A stretch of 64,000 nucleotides of DNA from Eledone cirrhosa (taxonomy: Eukaryota). The position numbers and the translations under genes were made by a program. Below the pieces are notes generated by a model that saw nothing but the letters and a program-made list of their open reading frames with translations, did no database searches and was not told where the DNA came from. The stretch spans positions 87,482,001 through 87,546,000 of the forward strand of contig OZ024742.1 of assembly GCA_964016885.1 (NCBI GenBank), read 5' to 3'. The stretch's first letter is position 1. Every line of letters begins with the position of its first letter. Shown here one piece after another: positions 1 to 10,709 of this stretch.

Positions 1-96
1 TAGAAAACTCCCTTCCGGAATTACCTATGACAGAGTGAAAGAAAAGCAGATATGGTTACAATGATAAAGGGTTTATTAGAGTGAGTGCAAATTTCT

Positions 97-257
97 ATAG
101 AATATATGGAGAACTCACGGCTAAAACGGTCAATGAGAGCTATGTTATTTATATGTCCGCCACCTGGTTTTCGTATGGATTACTGAATCACTGGCGGACA
201 TATAAATAACATAGCTGTCATTGAGAGTTTTAGCTTGAGTTCTGTATATATTCTGTG
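97..257. repeat. Imperfect fold-back inverted repeat (arms ~65 bp)
   Basis: gagctatgttatttatatgtccgcca (~137-162) is nearly the reverse complement of tggcggacatataaataacatagctg (~192-217); pairing extends outward to agaatatat/atatattct. Confidence 0.85.
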
Positions 258-404
258 ACGGGATAGCCATCACGATTTACATTTACTGTGGTATAATTGT
301 ATACGGTATGACACCTTGGTTTGACGCCGACTCGGCCATACAGTGAACTTCACTTGGGATGTTGGGTTGAGTGACCGAACGTGAGGACTTTGGGGGATGC
401 CAGT

Positions 405-492
405 TATTGTGGACCTGTCGTATTTTCTATTTCCTCACTGGTGCGACGGCTGTACACCAGTGAAGAAATAGAAAATACGACAGGTCCGCAAT
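405..492. repeat. Imperfect hairpin (arms ~39 bp)
   Basis: tattgtggacctgtcgtattttctatttcctcactggtg vs caccagtgaagaaatagaaaatacgacaggtccgcaata. Confidence 0.9.
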
Positions 493-2079
493 ATTCTAAT
501 ACTTGTCTTCGTTTTTTTTCTTTTTTGTGCAGTTAATACTCTCAAAGATTTTCTTTCTACTGGCTCGATAATAGTGCTTTTCCCCAAATCCATAATCTGA
601 TAATCTTACTATTTATTCTCACTTTATTTTACTTGGCTAGTCCCGAAGGTAATCTTCCTGAGTTCTTTAAGCTCATGAACATCGCTAAATGTTTGAAGTA
701 GATGGTTGTTACGTACGCGCAAACACTTGCCCGTGTTCTGCTGCGAAATGAAAAAGAACAAATACTCAACATGCACCACAATATATGTTAGAATATAATA
801 TATCGCGTTATGTACAGGCGCATGATTCGTTACCGCATGTGTATGATGCATTACACACCTCTTTGCTAATCCCTTATGTAAAAGTTCGACAAATTAGGTC
901 ATATATATCACGTTATATATCTAACGTGTATATATATATATATTATTGGAAAAAGGTAACTGGTTCCTCTCACTGGCAATGCTGGAAAAAGTGGATCTGT
1001 TTTGGTGATAATATGATTTCAGCACATAAATTACATTATAGTTCAAATGTAGGAATATCTTCATTTCATGTTTTCTCAGCTATTGTTTTCTTCTGTTTTA
1101 TCTATTTTTCCTTATGAATAAAATTAACTGAGCGTATTCCGTTTTTTTGATGTGTCTGATACGCATTCTCACAGTTCACACAATGCTTCCTTCTTAGTAT
1201 GCTACTTTTTAAGAAAGTATATATTAACTTGCATACTACCCTTAAAATTGACGGGGTGTATACTAAACAAAAATGATTCCATTTAATATTTCTATTCCAT
1301 TACATTCTGTTTGAAACGACTTGAATATGCTAGTTTATCTTTAGCTTCGAAATATTGAATATGCACTTATCCTGCTCACTTAATTCTGTTTCATGCTTTT
1401 CTATGAAACATATTACCTATAAGCCACGATGGAATGTGGGAGCATCCTGAATGGCTCAGTTGGTGAAATATTCCAAATAATGTTTTTATCAAATGAATAG
1501 AATTATTCTCCAGTTGCTTATTCGGTTCTATCACAGCAAGCAAGTAAATTAACAATTATGGTTGTAACATTACGAAATAGGCCAGCATCTTTGACGTGAG
1601 TAAATTTAGTTGTATTAGCAACAATACCTGAATAGATAGTCATTTTATTCACAGCAAAAGAAGGTTTAGTACGTTGTAAGAAAAACTACAAGATATATGT
1701 GGTCGACGCTCAAACATGATTGAGCGAAATATCTATATATCTAAAACAGAGAATGTCTGTATGAATGTATGTCTGTCTGTATGTCTATACGGTCCGTAAA
1801 ACACGAGAACCACCCAACCGATTGTTTTCAAACTTTACACAAGTAATACTTATGGTACTGCGAGCCTTTTGAGCAATAAGTATTTCAGAATTCCAATGCC
1901 CTAGGGACCGCATTAGGTGATCTAGCGATATATCTCTATAATTCTTAGTCTTTCCTTTTAGATAGATACATAGATATATCGTTGCGCCCTTATAATATAT
2001 ATATGTATGTCAAGCTGTTTGCATTACGAGATTCTGACGCTATATGTGTGTGTATATATATACGTATATACAGTGTGCG

Positions 2080-2170
<91 letters not shown>

Positions 2171-2173
<3 letters not shown>

Positions 2174-2400
2174 AATAGAGGTGTAACACACGAGTTGTGA
2201 TATATTGGTAAAAGGAAAAGAAAATGCTGACAAATTGTTCCCAGTGAAAAATAGTTTAATTAGGAATAAGAGAAAATTAGTAATAAGTATTGGTTAGTAT
2301 TCAGTTCTATTTTTTTTAATTTTTACCGGTTGCGCATTTCTAATGATTTTCAAAAATAATTTTGAGATAGAGCGCCCGTGATCTTTGCTCTAATCTGGTT
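2171..2400 (+). repeat. Dispersed repeat directly after (TA)n; second copy at ~17960-18195
   Basis: aagaatagaggtgtaacacac...gctgacaaattgttc...ttttaccggttgcgcatttctaa is shared by both sites, each following a (TA)n tract. Confidence 0.85.
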
Positions 2401-2637
2401 AGTTTTGTAAATTCTACCTGCTTTTTGTGGAAAAAGTGGCGCCAGAGGTATTAAAATACGTTTTACGCCAATTCGTGTTGCAAAAATTATTGTGGTCAAA
2501 ACAATTTTGATTGGTCGGTAGAGGTAACGTGAATATTAAAAATTGATTTTGCGTCAAATGTAGGTTTGCCGAAGAGTGTCCTTTTTCGCCTGATTGACAT
2601 CTCACATATATATATATGTACGTATGTATTCACCAAA

Positions 2638-3185
2638 TTCCTTTGTCAGTGTTGAACAAACGAGCAACGGTGGTTGCTATACACTACGGCTTAATACGGA
2701 TGTTTGTTTACAAACACACCGAGCAATATAATAAATGTTTGGTGAATCCATACGTTCATATATATATATATGTGCATGTTTGTATATATATATATATATA
2801 TATACTACTGTACGTCTGTATACATAAATGTATGTACGTATACATACTTATATTTAAGTAACAGCCGTACTAAGAGTGGGAAATGAAATTCCGTTTCATT
2901 TTTTCCGTTTATCGTTTTCGGTGCACCCGGCCGATTAACCCACTCGATGTGCAAATTCGGCTACTCAGCCGGTAATATGCATAAATAAATTATATACTTT
3001 CGGACGTTTAACTATTTAGCAGGAAGGTATACGTTGCTGACGATAGCTTACAAGCTTGAAACTAGTACATCGTTCCTTTGTCAGTGTTGAACGAAGGAGC
3101 AACGGTGGTTGCTAGACACTACGGCTTAATACTGGGTGTTTGTTTACAAACACACCGAACATTATAATAAATGTTTGGTGAATTC
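2638..3185 (+). mobile_element. Non-coding PLE-pLTR/retrozyme-like element (partial direct repeats 2638-2750 and 3073-3185); inverted copy at ~61620-61930
   Basis: Direct repeat ttcctttgtcagtgttgaac...aaatgtttggtgaat with ~435 bp period; contains a hammerhead motif; flanked by TA-rich tracts. Confidence 0.65.
3031..3073 (+). ncRNA. Minimal type-I hammerhead ribozyme
   Basis: acgttg-CUGACGA-u-agcu(uaca)agcu-u-GAAAC-ua-GUA-caucgu; palindromic stem III ACUAGU; stem I has one U.U mismatch. Confidence 0.75.
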
Positions 3186-3269
3186 AAATGTACATATATA
3201 TATATATATATGTGTTATATGTTATGTTAATATATATATATCTACATAAACTTTAATCTGCCATTTTAA

Positions 3270-3313
<44 letters not shown>

Positions 3314-3831
3314 TATATTCCTGTACAGATATGTGTGCATACAAATAACACAATATACAGAAACGTATGTATTTCACCAGGCTTGATAAGGATATATATA
3401 TATATATATATATATATATCAAGTATATAAGAACCCTAGAGAAAATCCCGAGCAACACCGGGCCATTCTGCTCGTTAACTATAATGTAATGTTGACTTTC
3501 ACACTGAAGTAAGCCTTATACTATTTGTAATGTGTGCTTGCCTCATTACTATTATATGTGGTATTCTTTTTTCCTTTATTCGTTTTCATAATAACGGTGG
3601 CTTTAATTCCTGCTTTCTTTGACTGATGAATATGTTTTGTAAATATACATAATCTACGATATATATATGGACACAACATTTCCAAAAATCTTTCCGTTCT
3701 AGTGTATTATAATGCTATGAGAACTGGAGAGTATAACATACCTTCGTTCGACATACTTTATTGAAATTCTCTCCCAAATTATCATCCTCTATTTACTAGA
3801 TATGTTTACCCATACACACATCTATATATAT

Positions 3832-3863
<32 letters not shown>

Positions 3864-3865
3864 AT

Positions 3866-3944
<79 letters not shown>

Positions 3945-3952
3945 CATTATAT

Positions 3953-4032
<80 letters not shown>

Positions 4033-4434
4033 GTACGTACGTATGTATGTATATATGTATGTATGTATTTATGTATGTATGGATGTATGTATGCAAGTAT
4101 GTATGTATGGATGGATGGATCTATGTATATTTGTATGTATGTATGTATGTACGTGCTTACGTATATATATATATATTAACGGAGCCATATTTCGTCGCCA
4201 TTCCCTGTAAATAATGTGCTCAAAGGAGGAGAAATCCTGAGCTTTTTAAATACATATTTTGAAAAGGTAACACACTAGAGAGAGATATACAGTGCGCTAT
4301 CAATAAAACAGGGAAAAGCCACCAGTGTATGGAATCTATAAATTATGAAAGGCAGATTATAGACACGATAATTAAAAATCACGATAATTAATAATATAAG
4401 TTAAAGCGTACATAAATACCCATATAACTATATA

Positions 4435-4515
4435 ACCCAAGTACAAATCCAAAGAGATCTGTTTCGCCAGTAAGTTGTTGACAGAAATGGAATAACTAGA
4501 TTCATCAGCGTGTGT
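4435..4515 (-). ncRNA. Type-I hammerhead ribozyme, stem I partly decayed
   Basis: Minus strand: acacacg-CUGAUGA-...-GAAAC-agaucucuuuggauuu-GUA-cuugggu (two mismatches in stem I). Confidence 0.65.
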
Positions 4516-4757
4516 AAGGCTATACATTTCAGACAATACTAAGAGAATTTAAAAAGTGACTCTCCAGCTACACGTGGGAGAGGGAAGTCACAGCGTGTTT
4601 AAGGGCAGTGAACCAGTGACCTCTGAGGGACGATCTGCTAGAAAGGGCAGCCCAAAACCACCAGTGTATGGAATATATAACCTATGAAAGGCAGACTATA
4701 GACACGATAATTAAAACTATAAATTAAAGCGTAAATAAATACCTCTATAACTATATA

Positions 4758-4839
4758 ACACACGTACAAATCCAAAGAGATCTGTTTCACCAGTAAGTTG
4801 TTGACATAAATGGAATAACTCCGGTTCCTCAGCGTGTGT
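4758..4839 (-). ncRNA. Type-I hammerhead ribozyme, intact core
   Basis: Minus strand: stem I acacacg/cgugugu (7 bp), CUGAGGA, stem II accgg...cuggu, GAAA, stem III acagaucu/ggauuugu, cleavage triplet GUA. Confidence 0.88.
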
Positions 4840-5080
4840 AAGGCTATACATTTCAGACAACACTAAGAGTAGTGCGAGATCTGAATCGGATCTGATATTA
4901 GACCCGTTACTCCGACATGCGAACAGACGCATCTATGCAATTCAGCGATCCAGCTCGTAAAGACGGGATCTAAACCAGAACAGCTGGCAAGTATCCATTT
5001 TCGAAACTAATGAACGTTTTCGAATGATCAGAGCCACACACTTGCCAACTTCCCTTCCTACACTCTATACGACGAACTAC

Positions 5081-5189
5081 ATGGAACAAATCGTAGGTGA
5101 GGCAGAGTCTGTACTATAATGACCTCATCTATAAAAATAGATGAGATCATTATAGTACAGACTCCGCCTCACCTACGAGTCGTTTCATG
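5081..5189. repeat. Near-perfect hairpin (arms ~50 bp)
   Basis: tcgtaggtgaggcagagtctgtactataatgacctcatctat-aaaa-atagatgagatcattatagtacagactccgcctcacctacga. Confidence 0.9.
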
Positions 5190-6048
5190 AAAAGTACCTA
5201 ACCTCCTTGCTAGCGTCTTGGCTCAAATCTCATCATCTTTGTTGAGTTATCGGATGGAAAATAACAATAACGTAACCCTCGTTCTCGTATTTCGTCATTA
5301 ATATCCCTACATCTCGACTTACCGAGCTCGGGATTCTCCTGTTTTGCTGTCAGATTCAGTAATAAACTTTGAGGACATCGGTGAAGAATCTGGCATGACT
5401 ACTTAAAACTCGTAAGTTGGAGTATCAAATCTCTGAATACTCCACTGAATACAATAGACCGTCAATTTAGGAACTGTATTCCGTTACCATCTCCGTCACA
5501 CTAACTGCCACCAACAGTTTTTAAATTTAGAAAACTGCACACAACTGAATCGAGCAGCACGCGCTCATTTCGGACCATCAATGGCCTAATTGCAACTGTA
5601 GTGACTTGCTGCGCCAATGTGACCTTGGACCATTGAGCAGCTTTCGTGTCTTCGTATCTTTAAGCAAGTGACGTTTCGCATTGACCAAAACAGTCTCTGG
5701 ACATTCTGACTGCTAACCAGTCGGTTGCAATGCCATTTTTAATTGCCTCTTCTCATTTAGCAACTAACTCCCCCTTCGCTCACAATAATAATACTAATAA
5801 CAATAATACTTTATTTATTAACCACAAGGGTTTACACAAAGTAGACGTTAAGGACAGTACAGGACAATACAGGACGGTACAAATGGGAATTTCTGCGTGT
5901 AAAAAACAAAAAAAGATGATGTAAAAAACATAACAATGAAAAATTTCCCAATACGGGTTACTTCCGAGGGACATTTGTGGAGAAAGCCCATTAAAAATCC
6001 ACAGTGACCCTGACCACCAGGGCAAGTGCCCTCTCCCAGTTTTCCACC

Positions 6049-9000
6049 TTTAATTTATAGACATATACTCAGAGAAGGCCCATTCACGCGGGCCATTCTT
6101 ACCTCTCTCACACATCTTTCAACAAAATACTGGGAAGAGGGCACTTCCCTCTCTACCCGGATTTCCCTTTTCAAATGAAATTTGAAAAAGCTAATCAGGG
6201 TATCACCGAAGAGCTAAGTGCTCGTCTTCAGCCCTTTCAAACGTGTCCACCATACTATCTCTTTCGCCATGGCCACCAGGCAGATAAAAAACTGCCTGCC
6301 CTTCCGGGCTAAGGAAGAGGTCGGGGCAATCCTCACAATGGACTTAGCTGATAGCTGGATCCGTCCTACACGCTACAACAGTTCGACATAAACCCACAAA
6401 TCAGCAATGCTCGGACACTGGACGAGTCCGTGCAGGATGGTTCCGTCGCTCTGCGTGCATCTCGGACATGCGTGGCTGACGGCACCTCCATGCCTGTAGA
6501 GTTTATCCCGAACTGGAAAAGCTCCTCGGTAGCACTGCGAGACAAGGGATTTCTGGAAGTTGTCCAAAGGCGCGGCCCGAAATTTCTTCCGAAGAGATTG
6601 GCTAGTTAATTTTCGTCGACGCCTAGAGTTTCCCCAAGTACGTCGTCGCACTTCCCCTCCACTAATCCTCTATAGAACGCCAAGGTGGAGTTTCTTCCAA
6701 TCACATTGCCCGAATGGTGGAGGGCTGTGAGCGCCTGAAGACAGTCCAGTCTCCAAGCGCTCCCTCTTGGTCTTCGCTTGACCCATGACTGCAGCTCCGT
6801 TAAGGATACGAACTGGTGAAATACGCGTCTAGCAAACAGCGACCACACCTCATAACCGTCGAGGAAGAGGTGGAGATGTCGTAGCTTGAGCGCGGGTCTG
6901 CGCATCATTAGCCACGGCATGCCCAGCCCTCAACGTAGCGGGTGTTGACAGCAGATGGACGACCTGACCATCGGAGCGCTTCCCTTCCACAAAAAGCGAA
7001 AGAGCAGACGCTCCAGCGCAGTCAGGCGGGGCTTAGGACAAGGTACGACGGTCAGGCGGTAGTAGATGACGGACGCGATGTACGCGTTAGCCACTTTCGC
7101 TCGATCTTTCAAAGATAGCTTCCTCTCCGCCCATTTCTGGGTGAGAGAAGCCACCCTGCTCGTCACGTCGTCCCAGATTTTGTCCGTCTGGAGGTCCAGG
7201 CCGAACCAGACCTCTAGCAATTTAACCGGTCCGTCCATCCAGCGCCCGACGACGCTGTTGGACGGCATGGACCAGCCTCCCGGGTGCCGAGCTGCAGTCC
7301 AACTGACTTTTCCTGGTTGATCATTGCTCCTGTCACCGCTTCGTATTCCGTTAGTGTAGTGCCGATCACCTCGATGTGTTTGGCGTTAGACAACACTACA
7401 GTGACATCGTCCGCATATGCTGACACAGATCTTCCGCATCGTAGTTCGCGCGGGACCTCCCTCATCGTCTCCAGTTTGAGCAGTAATGGCTTGAGAGTCA
7501 ATACGTAAAAGAGGGACGAGAGGGGAAATCCTTGGCGGAGCGAACGCATGAATATGTACGGTTCCGAGAGGTGACCGTTCACTCTCACCACAGAGCAGAT
7601 TTTCGCTGTGCATGGCAGCGATCCAGCCTCTGATGACAGGCCCAAAGCCAGCCGCCCTCAGGACTGCCTCTAGGTAACGATGGTCGACCCTATCGAAAGC
7701 TTTCGACTGATCTAAGTGGATCAAGGACCCACCCGTGCAAGGTTCCCTAGCTACCCTCGCTACGATATATCGCATGAGGTGGAGGTTGTCGTGGATGGGT
7801 CTGTCGGGAATGGCGCATGTCTGCGCCTCCCCCACCAGACCACCAACGACAATCACCAACCTCTTTGCTAGCACCTTGGCCAAAATCTTGAACTCTGTGT
7901 TTAGCAGAGTCATGGGCCTGAAATTATTTATGTTATCCCCATTGTTCGGATCCTTTCTAGGGGGCGCCACCGCTCCTCGGCTCACATAGCTGGGAATTCT
8001 ACTGTTCTGTTGCCAGTTGCAGTAGACGTCCGCTAAGAGGCCTCCGAACAAGTCTGGCATCTGTACGCATAGTTCATAGGGCTGACCATCCAAACCAGGC
8101 GATTTACACCTTGAGCAGCCAGTCATTTCCTCCCGTACTTCAGCGGCTTTATCGGCTTTTCGCAACACTCCGCCTCAGTAGCCGAGAGCCGGGGCAGTCC
8201 GTCGAGGTAGACAGAAATGTCCATCCCTCGATCCGGCCCGCCGCTGCCCCCCAACAGCTGAGCGAAGTGTCGCTGAAAAGCTTCACACGTTTGCCCGGGA
8301 TCGAGTAACATGCGCCCGTCGGGCTCCACCAAATACCGGATCGAAGCTTTGTTGCCACGACGCACATTCGGGCCCATTGGACGGTTTTCGTCACCTCGTG
8401 TCTGAGAGCACGCACCCTAGCTCTGACAACGCAGCCTTCGTGATTTGCATTGAAGAATTGTTCAAGGGTCAATTTCGCCGCAAGTACGTCGGCCGCGATG
8501 CCTTTGCTAAGCGCCTCGTCTTATTTTCGAATTAGTTCTCCCTCTAACTCAAGCAGATTTGTGGTCTGTGTAGCTGATTTGTGGTCTGTGTAGCGAAATT
8601 GTGGTCTGTGTAGCTGACTATCTTGAATTGTGGAGAGCCTATGCTAGACCTATTTATTTCCCTACAAAATACTCTATCTAGATATGATCTGGATAACACG
8701 ATGCGATTTGTCCAAGACCAAATTGGCACATTAGGGAAATCCAATCGGTATCTGTCAGACAGTTCAAAACGCCTGAGCAGCTTGGTGAGGCTCTTGCACC
8801 CTCCTCCCCTATCCGCTAATCCCACACAGTCCCATCATGCATCTAAGATCCCGTTCCAGTTGCCCACTAACACTAAAGAGCGTGACGTTCCTACAAAGTT
8901 CCCCAGTCCCGGAAGAAATTAGGCCGCCCTGCTTCTGTCGGAGCATAGACGGCCACTAGCCTTAAAGCTTGCCCGTCTCCGCTGGTCACGTCCAGCACCA

Positions 9001-9275
9001 CCAACTTACCTTCATGATCCAGGAAGATGGCCCGTATGGCGAGATCCAAACCTCTCCGAAAAATCACAGCAACTCCTCCCCCCGATCCAGGACGACTGAG
9101 TGATGCGTACACATCGTAGCCGCCGAAGATCGGTGCGAATGCTTGTGCTTCGGAGATTCTGGTCTCGATGATGGCCACTACAACTATGTTTAGTGACCTG
9201 AGGTCGTTAAGCAGGTGGCCCTGCTTCCATGACGATCCCAAGCGCATTTATGCTGCCTATTCTGAGTGAGGTCAT
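6049..9275 (-). pseudogene. Tx1-type ORF2 (APE endonuclease + reverse transcriptase), frameshifted
   Basis: Fragments: IIETR, SGGGVAVIF, LVAVYAP, SYLDRVF, YTDH (EN); KSPGLDG, NFRPMTLLNTEFKILAK, DQSKAFDRVDH, RQGFPLS, AYADDV (RT); ACPRCTQSDGTILHGLVQC. Confidence 0.9.
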
Positions 9276-9299
9276 GTTGAAATGGAGTGGAAAAGGTGG

Positions 9300-10690
9300 G
9301 ACATACCACTTACTTTACTACTCGTAGAGGAAGGATGGTTTCACCATCCCTTTCCACTTGATCGTCTGGTGAAGGGACCGTTGCATCCTCCCTTCGGCTG
9401 GTCGTCGGCTCTTCTGTGAGTATATCCGAATCTACTGTCCGGTTGAGTGTCCCTCCTAGGTCTCTGAAATCACCAAATGCGCTCGGGAATTTTATTTTAA
9501 TGTTTGTGTATCGTTTCTGTGCTATTCTTACCAGTATTATGTTCGTTGATGTTTTGATTGGTGCTGGTATTATGTAGCGTGCTGTGAAATATCTGTGCGT
9601 TCAATTATGTAAGTCATTAGTTTCTTGTTGCGTGTATTTGTTGCTGTGTATTTCATTTTCTGGGGTTGGGGGGTGGTTCTGCTATTTTATTGTCGTTGTT
9701 GCTGGGTGTGTGTGTTTTGTTGTTGTGTTTGCGATATTGGTGCTTGTGGTGGTGGTGTTGAAGGTGTCGGTGGCGGTGGGTTGCCGCCGGTGTTAATGGT
9801 GGTGCTAGTGTGGGTGGTGATGGTGTTTGTGGTGTTGCTGCTGTAAGTCTCTTTGCAGTAGCCTTTACTCTTTTATTATTTCTACCCTCCCTTTTCGAAG
9901 GTGACGATGCGATGCTTCTGCGTTTGTGCCTTCTTGCAACCTTTTGCCATCCTTCTCCCACCTCACACTCTATGTCCGATTATGTGAGGTCGGGGAGGGG
10001 TACCTTCTCCAATGTTTCACTTGTTCTTGTTGGTGATGTTTGCAGTGGATTCTCTGTTGCAGCTGCAGTTGGTATTACTGCTGTTGTTGTTAATACTTCC
10101 ACTGCTGCTGCTCTTCTTGATTTCCGCGGTATGGGTATGGGTGCCACCGTCCTATCCTTCCTGCTTGCCGCCTGTCCTGTTGCTGGTAGCAGTGGAGCCG
10201 GTTTCGGAAGTAAGGGTCTTTTCTCCTTTTACAGGGTCTTCTAATTGCAGAAGGCCCTGATGTGAGTCTTCGACACACAACGAAAGCATTTCGGGCGTTT
10301 GCCCTCAAAACTTATGGGCAGATGAGTGCCGTTATCGAAGACTATCCCATCCGGGATAGCTTCCATGCACTCCTGGTTTGTTTGAATTAAAAACTGAATG
10401 GAGGTACCTATCCAATCTTCTCGTAATATTTTCTGTATTTGCAGTACAGTTCTTTTGTCCTCGATTCCGACGAGGACAGTCGCGGCCAGCCAAGAAGTGG
10501 CCATGCCGGGGAGCACGTGGGTCAGTTTGACTCTCACAATTTTTTGCCCGCAGTAGGAGGGCACCAACACCATTTCCTTGCTCCTTAGGGTCACTAAGGA
10601 TTGAATATTTGCCTTCTGGGATGTGGCAAAAAGCACATCGACGATGGAATATTTTTTGCCTCGGGTGATATGCTTTTTTCCGCTGCCACA
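9300..10690 (-). pseudogene. Tx1-type ORF1 (gag-like zinc knuckle, basic and low-complexity tracts), disrupted
   Basis: ORF 10241-10636 ends in FEGKRPKCFRCVSKTHIRAFC; ORF 9653-9961 has GWQKVARRHKRR; lies directly upstream of ORF2. Confidence 0.7.
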
Positions 10691-10709
10691 CAGACCCTAA
10701 GTTTTTTTT

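Larger units (their letters stand above)
1732..3474 (+). mobile_element. Non-autonomous Helitron-like element with nested insertions in internal (TA)n
   Basis: 5' end A|TCTATATATCTAAAACAGAGAATGTCTGT; 3' GC-rich hairpin cccgagcaacaccggg (3447-3462) followed by CTCG|T (CTAG variant). A closely similar hairpin with intact CTAG occurs at 23988-24015. Confidence 0.55.
4319..4869 (-). mobile_element. Tandem partial repeats (4319-4546, 4658-4869), each carrying a hammerhead: retrozyme/PLE-pLTR-like
   Basis: Both copies start ccaccagtgtatggaat and end tttcagacaa(t/c)actaagag on the + strand. Confidence 0.75.
5783..10700 (-). mobile_element. Tx1/L1-clade non-LTR retrotransposon, decayed and probably 5'-truncated
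   Basis: ORF1 remnant with CCHC knuckle (KCFRCVSKTHIRAFC); ORF2 APE endonuclease, RT and C-terminal CPRC..H...C; 3' AATAAA followed by a degenerate (TTA)n tail at ~5783-5820. Confidence 0.9.

Noticed and set aside
5200-5780. More GC-rich segment that might be a decayed PLE N-terminal coding region
   Set aside because: Manual translation gave stops and no diagnostic motif.
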